Notes: generated from the sequence alone by a model not told the origin. DNA of 61,213 nucleotides, filler included, from 4 parts of 4 records of this genome joined end to end with filler, not necessarily neighbours in it; one strand, 5' to 3'. Shown: positions 1 to 11,706, numbered from the whole stretch's first letter. Made by a program: numbers and translations.

Positions 1-44
1 GGGAATAAAACCCTCAATAAAGGATTTAAACATTATCCAAACCC

Positions 45-1931
45 TTATTCTGCTTGATATTCGTTATTCTCTCTATTAACATCTGCCATTAATCCAGAAG
101 GATCTACTGTTATTCCTACAATTTCACTCTTTGGAGTATCAATTGTAAAGCTATATGTTGGAAAAGCCCAAGGCCAATCTGGAAGTACTGTTCTTTCAAC
201 TCCATCAAATGGATTAGCTTTCTCTCCATGCATCATTCTAAGTGGAGCGTAGAAATACTTAGCAGAACCGTCTTTATACAACACCATTACATCAATAGGC
301 ATTGGCATAAGTCCAATACGTTCCATTTCTATTTTTGTTTTCCCGTCTTCTTCAGTAACACTTTTAATTCCGTAATCTATAGTATTGGTAGTTTTAGTCC
401 AATCTGTTAAATACCAATCCAACTGCATTCCTGAAACTTTTTCAGCAGTACGCATAATATCGTTTGGAGTTGGGTGCTTAAATTTAAAATCGTTGTAATA
501 CTTTCTAAGTGTTTTCATTACATTATCCTGACCAATAACATACCCTAACTGTGCTAAGAAAACTTCCCCTTTGCTGTATGCAGAAATACTATATGATCTG
601 TTGTAATTATATCTATCTGCATGCGTAGTTTGTGGTTGTTCAAAACCAGAATTTGCTAGTGCGATATAACCTCTATAAGCCCCTTCAAATGGATTTGGTT
701 TGTTTTCTCCCATAATTTGGTTCATACATAAATCGGAAATAAAAGAAGTAAATCCTTCATCCATCCATTCATTTTTAGACTCATTAGAAGCTAAAACATG
801 TTGAAACCAAGAATGCGCAAACTCATGGGCAGTTACTCCTACAAGACTCCCAAATTTACGTTCTCCAGTAATAAGCGTACACATAGCATACTCCATACCA
901 CCATCTCCTCCTTGAATAACAGAGTATTGTTTGTAAGGATACTTTCCTACGTTTTTATTATAAAACGCTAGCATTTCTGCTGTTTTTGGCTGAAGTTTTT
1001 TCCAGTTTTCTTTAATTTCTTCCTTGTCTTTATAGAAAAAATGAAGCGTTGTACCGCTAGGAGTTTCTAAAGTATCATGAATAAATTCTGGATCTGCTCC
1101 CCAAGCAAAATCGTGTACCATAGGTGCTACAAAATGCCATGTAAGTGTTTTTCCTTTTACTTTTTTCTGTTTTGTCCCTTCAGGAAGGTATCCGTGTCCA
1201 ACTTCCTCTGGGTTTTGTAAATATCCAGTACCACCTACTACATACTCTTTGTCTAAGGTTAATTTTACATCAAAATCTCCCCAAACGCCTTGGAATTCAC
1301 GACCAATATATGGGTCTGCATGCCAACCTTCAAAATCATATTCGGCCATTTTAGGGTACCACTGTGTCATAGAAAGAGCAACACCCTCCGCATTATTACG
1401 TCCACTTCTACGAATCTGTTGTGGCACTTGCCCGTTAAATTCCATATCAAACTTAACTGTTTGCCCAGGAAGAATCGGTTTATTTAAGGTAACTTCAAGA
1501 ATAGTTCCTTCTTCGTTATATTCAATAGCAGTTCCATCTTGTTTTAGACTACTTACTTTTAAATACCCTATTTCTGAAGGTGATAGTTTACTAATTCTAT
1601 CTTCTACTCTTCTATCTGGATCTTGAATTGTTCTACTTCTCACATCCATTTCGCTCCCTGGTTGGAAGGCATTAAAGAATAAATGATAAAATACCGTTTT
1701 TAAAGTATCTGGAGAATTGTTGGTATACTTTAATTCTTGTGTTCCTGTATATTTATAATCTTTTACATCCATATCAACATTCATTTTATAGTCAACATGT
1801 TGTTGCCAATAAGTTGTTGAATTGGGTTGTATAGTTTCTAATGGATTACCGTTAGTAGGCGTAGTTACTGCAAATGCTTGAGATAGCATAGCAACACTTA
1901 AACCTATAGCAGTGATAAATGTTCGTTTCAT
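45..1931 (-). CDS. M1-family zinc aminopeptidase, secreted
   Basis: GGMEY exopeptidase motif, HEFAH and downstream WMDEG (HExxH-x18-E). Start moved to ATG 1931 (MKRTFITAIGLSVAMLSQAFA signal peptide). Confidence 0.9.
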   Translation of the reverse strand: MKRTFITAIGLSVAMLSQAFAVTTPTNGNPLETIQPNSTTYWQQHVDYKMNVDMDVKDYKYTGTQELKYTNNSPDTLKTVFYHLFFNAFQPGSEMDVRSRTIQDPDRRVEDRISKLSPSEIGYLKVSSLKQDGTAIEYNEEGTILEVTLNKPILPGQTVKFDMEFNGQVPQQIRRSGRNNAEGVALSMTQWYPKMAEYDFEGWHADPYIGREFQGVWGDFDVKLTLDKEYVVGGTGYLQNPEEVGHGYLPEGTKQKKVKGKTLTWHFVAPMVHDFAWGADPEFIHDTLETPSGTTLHFFYKDKEEIKENWKKLQPKTAEMLAFYNKNVGKYPYKQYSVIQGGDGGMEYAMCTLITGERKFGSLVGVTAHEFAHSWFQHVLASNESKNEWMDEGFTSFISDLCMNQIMGENKPNPFEGAYRGYIALANSGFEQPQTTHADRYNYNRSYSISAYSKGEVFLAQLGYVIGQDNVMKTLRKYYNDFKFKHPTPNDIMRTAEKVSGMQLDWYLTDWTKTTNTIDYGIKSVTEEDGKTKIEMERIGLMPMPIDVMVLYKDGSAKYFYAPLRMMHGEKANPFDGVERTVLPDWPWAFPTYSFTIDTPKSEIVGITVDPSGLMADVNRENNEYQAE

Positions 1932-1959
1932 ATATTTGAGTTTAGTTAAAAAGTATGAT

Positions 1960-3591
1960 TTATAACTTCGCTTTTCCGTTTGCAACTTTATCAGCAAGAA
2001 TCATAGCGTTATAAAGATTTACCATTTTCCCAGATTTTGAAGCCTCTGCAAATGGTTTTTTATAATTTGGATTCCCTCCTAAAATTACATTTGCAGTTGA
2101 AGTAAGTCCAGATTGCATAATAATTTTCTTTACTTCTGATGCTTTTAATGAAGGGTAATATGCTCTAATCAATGCTGCAACACCAGCTACCGCAGGTGCT
2201 GCCATAGAGGTTCCTTGTAAATACTCATATCCATTGTTTGGAGTAGTAGACCAAATTTTGGTTCCAGGAGCAAAAACATCTACATTATTTTTCCCATAAT
2301 TAGAGAAAGTAGCTACCATTTCTGGCCCATATTCGTAATTTAAAGCTCCAACAGTTAAGAAATTATCTGCTATTTCTGCAGTATTATTCTCGTTATCGTT
2401 TGGATATACATTGTTTTCATCTAAATCCATCGATTCGTTTCCAGCAGCTTTAATAATTAAAACATCTTTTGAAGCCGCATATTTAATAGCGTCCCAAACC
2501 CAGTCTTTGTGTGGAGAATAGTATTTACCAAAACTTCCGTTTAAAACTTTAGCACCATTGTCTACAGCATAACGTATTGCCAAAGCAACATCTTTATCGT
2601 ACTCATCTCCATTTGGAACAGTTCGTACTGCCATAATCTTAACATGCTCTGCAACTCCATCCATTCCAACACTGTTATTACGTTCTGCAGCAATAATACC
2701 AGCTACATGCGTTCCATGTTTTGCATGCTCTTTATCTCCAATAACATCATTGTTTCCGTATCCAATATCATTAATATCGTCTGGATTATCTCCTACAATA
2801 CTTCTTCCGTCGAAATCTTTGTTTAGGTTATAATTTAATTGATCTGCAAAATACTCAATTCCCTCTTTTAATTCTTTCTTTACTGCAGGAACAGAATCTT
2901 CAAAACTAAACATTTGCATCATCATTCCTTTAGCCGCTTGTCCTTGCTCTGCAGAAGGCTCGTATGCAGCCAACTCTTCTTTAGTATAAACTTCTTTCCC
3001 TAATTCTTTTTGAAGAAACGCATCAGCAGCATTTACAGAACTTAAAATCTGCTCATATCTTGTTTTATTTTGAACTGCTTCGTTATACTTTTCATCATAT
3101 TCTTTTAAAGCTCTTTTATATTCTTCAGAACCGTCGTCTCCTTTTACTAAAATTCTTACAAACTCTAATTGCTCATTATTAGCTTCGCCTAAAAAATTCC
3201 ATCCATGGATATCATCAACAAAACCATTTTTATCATCGTCAATTCCATTTCCAGGAATCTCATCTTCATTTGTCCAAATTACATTTTTAAGATCTGGATG
3301 CTCAATATCAACTCCCGAATCTAAAACTCCAACAATTACTGTTGTAGGCTTTAAACTTTTCAGTTTATTAAAAATATCGCTATAGGCTTTATCTACACTC
3401 ATCCCAGGAATGGTATCCGTAAGTAAGTCTTTATGCCCCCAATCTTTTAATTGAGTATCTGTAAGTGGATCCACTTTTAATACTACAGAATCTATATTTT
3501 CTTCTGGTGTTAAAATTATAGCAGGAGATCCACATCCTACAAATAAGGAAGTTGCAATTGCGCAATAAGCAACAGATTTTTTAATAGTCAT
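1960..3591 (-). CDS. S8 subtilisin-like serine peptidase, lipoprotein
   Basis: Catalytic motifs VLDSG, HGTHVAG and GTSMA; oxyanion AAGN; lipobox FVGC; helical insert between the Asp and His motifs. Confidence 0.92.
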   Translation of the reverse strand: MTIKKSVAYCAIATSLFVGCGSPAIILTPEENIDSVVLKVDPLTDTQLKDWGHKDLLTDTIPGMSVDKAYSDIFNKLKSLKPTTVIVGVLDSGVDIEHPDLKNVIWTNEDEIPGNGIDDDKNGFVDDIHGWNFLGEANNEQLEFVRILVKGDDGSEEYKRALKEYDEKYNEAVQNKTRYEQILSSVNAADAFLQKELGKEVYTKEELAAYEPSAEQGQAAKGMMMQMFSFEDSVPAVKKELKEGIEYFADQLNYNLNKDFDGRSIVGDNPDDINDIGYGNNDVIGDKEHAKHGTHVAGIIAAERNNSVGMDGVAEHVKIMAVRTVPNGDEYDKDVALAIRYAVDNGAKVLNGSFGKYYSPHKDWVWDAIKYAASKDVLIIKAAGNESMDLDENNVYPNDNENNTAEIADNFLTVGALNYEYGPEMVATFSNYGKNNVDVFAPGTKIWSTTPNNGYEYLQGTSMAAPAVAGVAALIRAYYPSLKASEVKKIIMQSGLTSTANVILGGNPNYKKPFAEASKSGKMVNLYNAMILADKVANGKAKL

Positions 3592-3601
3592 TGTCAAATA
3601 T

Positions 3602-4462
3602 TTAAATAAATAATTCGTTAAATAAAAAGGTTTCTTTCAATCTAACCCCTTTTTCTGTTTTTTGAAGTGTACACACTTGGTTGTGTGCGTCGTGCTCTAA
3701 TAATAAATAAAAATTATTATCTGCAGCTGTTACTAAAAATGTTTTTTTCTCTTCTATGGTAAGTAATGGTCTAGTATCATAACCCATTACATATGGTAAC
3801 GGAATATGGCCTACGGTTGGAAGTAAATCGGCCATAAAAACTAAGGTTTTATCTTGGTATTTTATATGCGGAATCATTTGTTTATCGGTATGTCCATCTA
3901 CATAAAGTATATCAAAACCGAGTTCAGAATTCTTTAAAAATCTGTTTTCTGGAACAGAAAGAAAATTTAATTGTCCACTTTCTTGAATGGGGAGAATGTT
4001 TTCTGAAAGAAAAGAAGCCTTTTCTCGTGCATTAGGCTTTGTTGCCCATTGCCAGTGGTTTTCATTACTCCAAAAACGTGCGTTTTTAAAAGCAGGTTCA
4101 TAGCCGTTTTTTTCTTTATTTAACTGAATACAACCGCCACAATGATCAAAATGAAGATGTGTAAGAAAAACATCTGTAATATCATCTCGATGAAAACCGT
4201 GCTTTTTAAGTGAAGCATCCAAATTATCATTTCCCCACAAGTAATAATATCCAAAAAACTTATCAGATTGTTTATTCCCTAAGCCTGTATCGACAAGGAT
4301 AAGTCTGTCGCCATCCTCTATTAATAAAGACCTAGCGGCAATATCTATCATATTATTACTATCGGCAGGATTTGTTTTATTCCAAATTGATTTTGGCACT
4401 ACTCCAAACATAGCTCCCCCATCTAATTTGAAATTTCCTGTTTCAATTGTGTATAACTTCAT
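3602..4462 (-). CDS. MBL-fold metallo-hydrolase (YtnP-like)
   Basis: LDGGAMFGVVPK N-terminus, THLHFDHCGG motif, GHT and MADL. Start at ATG 4462 (MKLYTIETG). Confidence 0.9.
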   Translation of the reverse strand: MKLYTIETGNFKLDGGAMFGVVPKSIWNKTNPADSNNMIDIAARSLLIEDGDRLILVDTGLGNKQSDKFFGYYYLWGNDNLDASLKKHGFHRDDITDVFLTHLHFDHCGGCIQLNKEKNGYEPAFKNARFWSNENHWQWATKPNAREKASFLSENILPIQESGQLNFLSVPENRFLKNSELGFDILYVDGHTDKQMIPHIKYQDKTLVFMADLLPTVGHIPLPYVMGYDTRPLLTIEEKKTFLVTAADNNFYLLLEHDAHNQVCTLQKTEKGVRLKETFLFNELFI

Positions 4463-4598
4463 GTAAAATGTTATGATTCCAACGCACCGCAAATTAAGAA
4501 AAGGGAATAACATTCATCATAAAGACATCTTTTATTAAATGTTTTTTAACATTTTTTTACTATTATTGAAGTTATATTCGCTGTACAATCAAAAATTT

Positions 4599-6476
4599 AT
4601 GATAGAGCTTGCTGGAATTGTAATATTGGGGATTATTGCACAATGGGTAGCATGGAGATTTAAAATACCTGCTATTCTACCCCTCATCTTGATAGGAATG
4701 TTTGTTGGTCCTTTTTCTACGCTGTTTACGGAAGATGGAACAAAGCTTATTGAACCTATCTGGAACCCGCAATTGGATAAAGGATTATTTCCTGGAGAAG
4801 GATTATTTCACTTTGTATCATTAGCCATAAGTGTAATTCTTTTTGAAGGAGGTTTAACTTTAAAGAGAAACGAAGTTTTAAATGTTGGCCCTGTAATTTT
4901 TAAACTAATTACCATAGGTACTATAGTTACTTTTTTAGGTGCTGGTTTTGCATCTCATTTTCTCTTTAATTTAAGCTGGCCTATTTCTTTCTTATTTGCC
5001 GCTTTAATTATTGTAACTGGTCCAACCGTAATTACCCCTATTCTTAGAAATATCCCTCTGAAAAAAGATATTTCTGCAGTTTTAAAATGGGAAGGTATTT
5101 TAATAGACCCAATTGGAGCGGTTGCTGCCGTATTGGTTTTCGAATTTATATCCGTTGGAAAAGGAACAGAATATACCCAACAAGCTTTAGTAGAGTTTGG
5201 AAAAACAGTGGTAGTAGGCTTTTCAATCGGGTTTTCTTTTGCATATGCTCTCTATTTTGCCATTAAGAAAAATGCAATTCCTCATTTTTTAATGAATGTA
5301 GTTTCTCTTTCTTTTGTAATTGGTGTGTATGTATTATCTGAACAATTTGCTCATGAATCTGGACTACTTTCTGTAGTGGTAATGGGAATGGTACTTGGTA
5401 ATATAGATTTACCTAATATTAAAGAATTACTCTACTTTAAAGAGTCGCTAAGTGTTTTACTAATTTCCATTCTTTTTATTCTGCTGTCTGCAAATATAAA
5501 TATGCAAGACTTGTATTTAATTTACAATTGGAATACACTCATCTTATTTGGATGCGTTGTATTTTTAATTCGCCCAATTGGGGTTATGTTAAGTACCATT
5601 AATTCTGGTTTAAAAACAAACGAAAAAGCATTTATAAGTTGGGTAGGCCCTCGTGGTATTGTAGCGGCTGGGATTGCTTCTCTATTTGGAAACCGACTTG
5701 TTTTAGAAGGGGAACCTGGCGCAGAGTACATAACACCACTTGTGTTTATGATTGTATTAGGTACTGTACTTTTTAACGCAACAACAGCCAGATTATTTGC
5801 TAAAATTTCTGGAGTTTTCTTAAAAGAGTCTACTGGTATTTTAATTGTTGGAGCTTCTAATATTTCTAGAATTATAGCTAAATATCTTCAAAAAAACGGT
5901 CGCCATGTTGTGCTTATAGATAGTAATAAAGAAAATATTGAGCGCGCAAAAGGTATGGATTTGGATGCTGAAGAGGCTAATATTTTTTCTGATGATTTAA
6001 CTAATAATATCGAACTCAACGATATTGGATATCTAATGGCATTAACTGCAAGTGAAGAGGTTAATAAACATGCTATAGAACGCTTCAAAAATCAATTAGG
6101 AGAGAACGGCGCTTTTAGATTAATTACAACCGAAGAAATGAAAAGCGATTATATTGAAATGGTAGAATTGCTCTTCTCAAAAAAAGACGATTATATTAAC
6201 TTAAGTGAAGTTGCCCGCGACTATCCTAAAATTAATGAAGTTGAATTGGAATCTAAAAAGCATTTCTTGGAGCAGATAGAAAAGCTTAACAATGAAAAAG
6301 ATGCCATTCCTATCTTCATAAAAGACAATAATGAAGACTTACATATTATTGCTTCTTACACCAGTAATATGGAAATAGCTGAAGGTAATAAATTGGTATA
6401 TTTAGGAAAACCAATGGATGTAATGGATGTTAAAAACGATAAATCCGACGAAGAAGAAGCTCCCGATAACAATTAA
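4599..6476 (+). CDS. CPA1/NhaP-type cation:proton antiporter with C-terminal RCK/TrkA-N domain
   Basis: Many TM segments, ILFEGG, TGPTV, WEGILIDP and GPRGIVAA motifs; Rossmann-like ILIVGA...VVLID C-terminal domain. Start at ATG 4599. Confidence 0.88.
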   Translation: MIELAGIVILGIIAQWVAWRFKIPAILPLILIGMFVGPFSTLFTEDGTKLIEPIWNPQLDKGLFPGEGLFHFVSLAISVILFEGGLTLKRNEVLNVGPVIFKLITIGTIVTFLGAGFASHFLFNLSWPISFLFAALIIVTGPTVITPILRNIPLKKDISAVLKWEGILIDPIGAVAAVLVFEFISVGKGTEYTQQALVEFGKTVVVGFSIGFSFAYALYFAIKKNAIPHFLMNVVSLSFVIGVYVLSEQFAHESGLLSVVVMGMVLGNIDLPNIKELLYFKESLSVLLISILFILLSANINMQDLYLIYNWNTLILFGCVVFLIRPIGVMLSTINSGLKTNEKAFISWVGPRGIVAAGIASLFGNRLVLEGEPGAEYITPLVFMIVLGTVLFNATTARLFAKISGVFLKESTGILIVGASNISRIIAKYLQKNGRHVVLIDSNKENIERAKGMDLDAEEANIFSDDLTNNIELNDIGYLMALTASEEVNKHAIERFKNQLGENGAFRLITTEEMKSDYIEMVELLFSKKDDYINLSEVARDYPKINEVELESKKHFLEQIEKLNNEKDAIPIFIKDNNEDLHIIASYTSNMEIAEGNKLVYLGKPMDVMDVKNDKSDEEEAPDNN

Positions 6477-6571
6477 AAAATAATGAAACATCCATTTATA
6501 GACACACAGCAGCAGAATAATTATTTGGATGTTCCATTTGACCGTTTAAAAAGTGGTAAAAAAACAAACAC

Positions 6572-7120
6572 ATGAAAACTCTCTTTTTAAAACTGATAAT
6601 TTTCTTACTCGCTATTATTTGGATTTCTAGTTGTGACCAAACACGTTTTCGTAATAAAGGCAATCAACTTTTTGGGGAAAATCCATACCTAGCAACTACA
6701 AATTACACATCTAAAGAAGTGCCCGAAGGCTATGCAGAAATTCAAATCGATTCTGCTTTAGCAAACAATTTTGTTGTAAATACAAAATATCATACTACAG
6801 ATGATAAAATTCTTAAAGTAGAAAAAAACAAGCTTGGAGAGATCCATAAAACTGTTTATAAAGAATTTCATTCTGATCTTTCTGTTTATTATAAAAACAA
6901 TCTTGTGCTGAAAAAGCGTGTTGAAAAAGATACTTTCAATATAAAAGACAACCCTATGTTAGAAGCTGCATTTATGCAATCTTTTAAACTGAATGAAATT
7001 GCTTCTACTACAAATGAAGTAGTATTTTCGGTTACATTTTACAACCCTTCCGCAGAAAATTATATAGATTACGAATTTGTAGTAGACAAAATAGGCGATT
7101 ATTACATCCGAAAAGTATAA
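6572..7120 (+). CDS. Hypothetical lipoprotein (DUF4738-like)
   Basis: Signal peptide ending in lipobox ISSC. The family call is a recollection of similar Bacteroidota lipoproteins. Confidence 0.6.
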   Translation: MKTLFLKLIIFLLAIIWISSCDQTRFRNKGNQLFGENPYLATTNYTSKEVPEGYAEIQIDSALANNFVVNTKYHTTDDKILKVEKNKLGEIHKTVYKEFHSDLSVYYKNNLVLKKRVEKDTFNIKDNPMLEAAFMQSFKLNEIASTTNEVVFSVTFYNPSAENYIDYEFVVDKIGDYYIRKV

Positions 7121-7148
7121 TCTACTCTTTTAAAAATATAAACAACAT

Positions 7149-7179
7149 AAAAAAAGACCGTTTTTAACAGTCTTTTTTT
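7149..7179. terminator. Intrinsic terminator between convergent genes (best pairing on minus strand, after lepA)
   Basis: A7-GACCGTT...AACAGTC-T7. Confidence 0.75.
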
Positions 7180-7183
7180 ATGT

Positions 7184-8980
7184 TTAATCGTTAAGTTTTA
7201 ATACCGCCATAAATGCTTGTTGAGGAATTTCAACATTCCCTACTTGACGCATTCTCTTTTTACCTTTTTTCTGTTTCTCTAAAAGTTTTCTTTTACGAGA
7301 AATATCTCCTCCGTAACATTTTGCAGTTACATCTTTTCTTAATGCTTTAACCGTTTCTCTAGAAATAATTTTAGCCCCAATTGCAGCTTGAATTGGAATA
7401 TCAAATTGCTGTCTTGGAATTAATTCTTTCAACTTCTCCACCATTTTCTTACCAATATTATAAGCATTATCGGCATGAATTAATGCTGAAAGGGCATCTA
7501 CAGAGTTTGCATTTAATAAAATATCTACCCTTACCAATTTAGATTCGCGCATTCCTATAGGCGAATAATCAAATGATGCATATCCTTTTGATACCGTTTT
7601 TAAGCGGTCATAAAAATCGAATACTATTTCTGCAAGAGGCATATCAAAAGAAAGCTCAACACGTTCTGGTGTTAAATAAGTTTGATTGGTAATAATTCCT
7701 CTTTTTTCAATACATAAAGACATTACTGGACCTACAAAATCGGCTTTTGTAATAATTGTAGCTTTAATATATGGCTCCTCCACCCGATCAATACTTGAAG
7801 GGTCTGGAAGATCTGATGGATTGTTTAATATTATCTTTTCGTCTGGATTCTTCTTGGTATAGGCATGGTAACTAACGTTTGGTACGGTAGTAATAACCGT
7901 CATATCAAACTCACGCTCTAAACGTTCCTGAATAATTTCAAGGTGAAGCATTCCTAAGAATCCACAACGGAAACCAAAACCAAGAGCTGCAGAACTTTCT
8001 GGAGTAAAAACCAAAGAAGCATCATTCAACTGTAGTTTTTCCATAGCACCTCTAAGCTCTTCATAATCTTCTGTATCTACAGGATATACTCCTGCAAATA
8101 CCATAGGTTTTACATTTTCAAAACCTGCAATCATATTTTTAGTTGGATTGGCTGAGTCTGTAATAGTATCTCCCACTTTTACCTCTCTAGCATCCTTAAT
8201 TCCTGTAATTAAATACCCTACATCTCCAGTTTTAACCACTTTTTTAGGGTGCTGAATAAGTTTTAACGTTCCAACCTCATCGGCATCATAAGTTTTTCCA
8301 GTGGCCAAAAATTTAATCTTTTGCCCTTTTGAAATTTCTCCATTAATAACTCTAAAATAGGTTTCTACTCCTCTAAACGGATTATAAACAGAGTCAAAAA
8401 TTAAAGCTTGAAGTGGCTCTTCTGGATTTCCTTTAGGCGGTGGAATTCTTTCAATAATTGCAGAAAGAATTTCCTCAATTCCAATACCTGTTTTGGCACT
8501 AGCAGGAATTACTTCTTCAGCATCACAACCTAATAAATCTACAATATCATCGGTTACTTCTTCTGGATTTGCACTCGGAAGATCCACTTTATTAAGCACT
8601 GGAATAATCTCAAGATCATTCTCCAATGCTAAATATAAATTAGAAATTGTTTGCGCTTGGATACTTTGAGCTGCATCTACAACCAGTAAAGCACCTTCAC
8701 AAGCTGCAATAGAACGAGAAACCTCATACGAGAAATCTACGTGCCCAGGAGTATCTATCAAGTTTAAAATATATTCTTCTCCTTTATATATGTATTCCAT
8801 TTGAATAGCGTGACTCTTAATGGTAATACCACGTTCACGCTCTAAATCCATACTATCTAAAAGTTGTTCTTTCTTTTCTCGCTCGGTAACAGATCCAGTA
8901 AAATCTAATAACCTATCTGCCAACGTACTTTTCCCGTGGTCAATATGAGCGATTATACAAAAGTTTCTTATGTGCTTCAT
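7184..8980 (-). CDS. lepA: Elongation factor 4 (LepA)
   Basis: [32 protein letters not shown] and C-terminal [18 protein letters not shown]. Confidence 0.99.
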   Translation of the reverse strand: MKHIRNFCIIAHIDHGKSTLADRLLDFTGSVTEREKKEQLLDSMDLERERGITIKSHAIQMEYIYKGEEYILNLIDTPGHVDFSYEVSRSIAACEGALLVVDAAQSIQAQTISNLYLALENDLEIIPVLNKVDLPSANPEEVTDDIVDLLGCDAEEVIPASAKTGIGIEEILSAIIERIPPPKGNPEEPLQALIFDSVYNPFRGVETYFRVINGEISKGQKIKFLATGKTYDADEVGTLKLIQHPKKVVKTGDVGYLITGIKDAREVKVGDTITDSANPTKNMIAGFENVKPMVFAGVYPVDTEDYEELRGAMEKLQLNDASLVFTPESSAALGFGFRCGFLGMLHLEIIQERLEREFDMTVITTVPNVSYHAYTKKNPDEKIILNNPSDLPDPSSIDRVEEPYIKATIITKADFVGPVMSLCIEKRGIITNQTYLTPERVELSFDMPLAEIVFDFYDRLKTVSKGYASFDYSPIGMRESKLVRVDILLNANSVDALSALIHADNAYNIGKKMVEKLKELIPRQQFDIPIQAAIGAKIISRETVKALRKDVTAKCYGGDISRKRKLLEKQKKGKKRMRQVGNVEIPQQAFMAVLKLND

Positions 8981-9010
8981 AGCCGTTTATCAATGCAAAT
9001 TTTCAATCAG

Positions 9011-9018
9011 CAAATATA
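9011..9018 (-). promoter_or_regulatory. Bacteroidota housekeeping promoter -7 element for lepA
   Basis: TATATTTG on the minus strand matches TAnnTTTG, 30 nt upstream of the lepA ATG. Confidence 0.6.
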
Positions 9019-9152
9019 AACTATTTTAACACGCTTGAATAAGATATTATTTTTTATTGAAAATATATCAACTATAAATTCTAAATTACAGAGTTAAAAA
9101 TATAAGGTTTTAAAAAAAAATCTATATTTATAGCCCTAAATCGCCTAAATCC

Positions 9153-11567
9153 ATGCACCGAAACCAAGTTTTAGTACTCCTTTTTTTGCTAGTTACTTGT
9201 AAACCTCTTCTTTCACAAGAATTTATGGTTAAAGGAAAAACTATAGATTCTAACAATAGAACACTCTCTTTTGTAAATGTTATGCTTTTAAATGCAAAAG
9301 ATTCGGTTTCTATTGCAGGCACCTCCACTGAAGAAAATGGAACTTTCATTCTCAATAAAATCCCAGAAGGAAATTATATTTTAAAAACTTCTTATATAGG
9401 GTATCATAATAATTATAAAAATATAACTGTCCATAATAACTTTAATGCTGATACTATTATCTTAAAGCATGATATAAAAAACTTGGAAGAGGTAACCCTA
9501 AGTTTTCAAAAACCACGACTAGAAAAAAAGAATGGGCGACTTATTTTTCAGGTAGAAAATTCCACTTTATCCTCTTTATCTACCTATGAAATTCTTCAAA
9601 GAACTCCTGGAGTTATCTCTTTAGATGATAAAATTTCAGTAAAAAATTTAAAAACCACCGTCTATATAAATAATAAGAGAGTTTACCTTGATGATAGAGA
9701 ACTGAAAAATCTCTTGGAAAACTTTGCAGGCAATAATATTGCTTCCATAGAGGTAATTACAAACCCATCGGCAAAATACGATGCTGAAGGTGGCGCTGTA
9801 CTTAATATAATTACCTCAAAAAACATTTCTATAGGTTATAAAGGAGCTGTAAATGGGACATGGGAAGATGCTATTTTTCCTAAATATACACTCGGAACAA
9901 GTCATTATTACAAAAATAATGTAGTAGATTTTTATGCAGGATATTCTTTCAACCCAAGAAAGGATTATAAAAGAAGCGATAGTTATGTAAATTTTTTTGA
10001 TGGTAATTCACCAAGCAACCAATGGGAGACTTCTTTGTACAAAACAACACGCTCTAAAGCTCATAATTTCAATACTATTTTAGATTTTAATTTAGATGAT
10101 AAAAATAAAGTGAGCTTTTCTTCCAACATTATTTACAACCCAAGTAAAAGTATTGAAAACAAAGTCAATACCGATGTTTTATCTGCGGAAGACACTAAAG
10201 AAAGTAGCTTTAACACCAATAGCGATATTGATATAGACAACACTAATATTACCTTAAACGCAACTTATAATAGAGAAATTGGCAAAAATGGAACCCATTT
10301 GGATATTCAAACTAATTATGTTTATTATAACGAAGGAGAAAACCAAATATTAGCAACCGATTATTTTGATGAGAACGACTCTTACCAATACACCAATGCT
10401 TTCGATACAGAAGCAAGTCAGAAAAACAATATTTTTACCGGGCAAATAGACTTTTCTAGTCCGTTAGGCGCCAATAATTTAGAATTAGGAGCTAAATACT
10501 CTTCTATTAGTAGCGGAAATATAATTGCTTTTTATGGAGATTACACTCCGAGTTCGTCCAGAGATGACCATTTTGATTACGACGAACAGATTTGGGCTTC
10601 CTATGCAAATTTCTCACGAGATTGGGACTCATGGTCTTTAGTAGCTGGTTTAAGAGGAGAATACACAGATGCTATCGGGAATTCTGTTGCACTAGGGACT
10701 ATAAACAAACAACATTATTTAGAATTGTTTCCTACTTTCAGTTTACACCATCAAGTTTCGGAAAAGCATGAAATAGGAGTAAGCTACAAGCGTGCCATTG
10801 CAAGACCGCGCTACCAAAGTTTAAATCCATTTCGATATTATTTAAATGAAAATAATTTTATAGCTGGAAACCCTTATTTAAAACCTTCTATTGAAAATAA
10901 AATATCCTTAGACTACACTTTTGATGGAAATTATATTTTTGAAGTGTATTATCAGCAAGAAAAAAACGAATTAAACAATTTAACTTTTCAGAGGAATAAT
11001 GCACAAGTAGTTTATAATTCTACTTTTAATATTGAAGAATCTTTCCAATACAGCATTGATTTTATCCATTACAGACCAATTACTAAATGGTGGTTTTTAA
11101 GTACGTATATGTCTGGTTTTTTCTATGAAATGTCTTTTATAGCTAGAGAAAGTAACGATGCTATACAAACACAAAATACTGTTGGTTATTTCGGACAATT
11201 ATACAATTCGTTTACCATTTCCAAAGAAAAATCGATATCAGCCGATGTATATCTAGAATATGTATCTAGATTTTTTATTGGAAATTACCTGATGAAAGAC
11301 CGATTTAAAACAAACTTTGGCTTACGTAAAAAACTATGGAACGGCAGAGCAAGCCTAAACATAAATTTAAATGATGTATTTAATACTTATAACATCCCCC
11401 TTACCACTAGGTATTTAAACCAAGATAATGGGTATACTGCTAAGCCTGAACAAAGAACATTTACCATTGGCTTTAATTATAAATTTGGAAACTTTAGATT
11501 AGCAGATAACAAAAGAAATATCGATTTTAAAGAAGAAGAGAGATTAAAAGAAGAAACAGAATTTTAA
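9153..11567 (+). CDS. TonB-dependent-receptor-like outer membrane beta-barrel protein with N-terminal carboxypeptidase-regulatory-like domain
   Basis: Signal peptide; LQRTPGV and IEVITNPSAKYDAEG plug motifs; amphipathic beta strands ending near FNYKFG. Confidence 0.85.
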   Translation: MHRNQVLVLLFLLVTCKPLLSQEFMVKGKTIDSNNRTLSFVNVMLLNAKDSVSIAGTSTEENGTFILNKIPEGNYILKTSYIGYHNNYKNITVHNNFNADTIILKHDIKNLEEVTLSFQKPRLEKKNGRLIFQVENSTLSSLSTYEILQRTPGVISLDDKISVKNLKTTVYINNKRVYLDDRELKNLLENFAGNNIASIEVITNPSAKYDAEGGAVLNIITSKNISIGYKGAVNGTWEDAIFPKYTLGTSHYYKNNVVDFYAGYSFNPRKDYKRSDSYVNFFDGNSPSNQWETSLYKTTRSKAHNFNTILDFNLDDKNKVSFSSNIIYNPSKSIENKVNTDVLSAEDTKESSFNTNSDIDIDNTNITLNATYNREIGKNGTHLDIQTNYVYYNEGENQILATDYFDENDSYQYTNAFDTEASQKNNIFTGQIDFSSPLGANNLELGAKYSSISSGNIIAFYGDYTPSSSRDDHFDYDEQIWASYANFSRDWDSWSLVAGLRGEYTDAIGNSVALGTINKQHYLELFPTFSLHHQVSEKHEIGVSYKRAIARPRYQSLNPFRYYLNENNFIAGNPYLKPSIENKISLDYTFDGNYIFEVYYQQEKNELNNLTFQRNNAQVVYNSTFNIEESFQYSIDFIHYRPITKWWFLSTYMSGFFYEMSFIARESNDAIQTQNTVGYFGQLYNSFTISKEKSISADVYLEYVSRFFIGNYLMKDRFKTNFGLRKKLWNGRASLNINLNDVFNTYNIPLTTRYLNQDNGYTAKPEQRTFTIGFNYKFGNFRLADNKRNIDFKEEERLKEETEF

Positions 11568-11706
11568 CACTTCTCTTTAGAAATCTTATGTTACTTTGCA
11601 TTTTTAACCAACTTTTGGTTGTGAAACGGCTACTTATAATTAGTTAAAACTAATATAGTATTCAAGGCATTCTAGCTACGTTTTAAAGAATAATAAATAT
11701 TGACAA

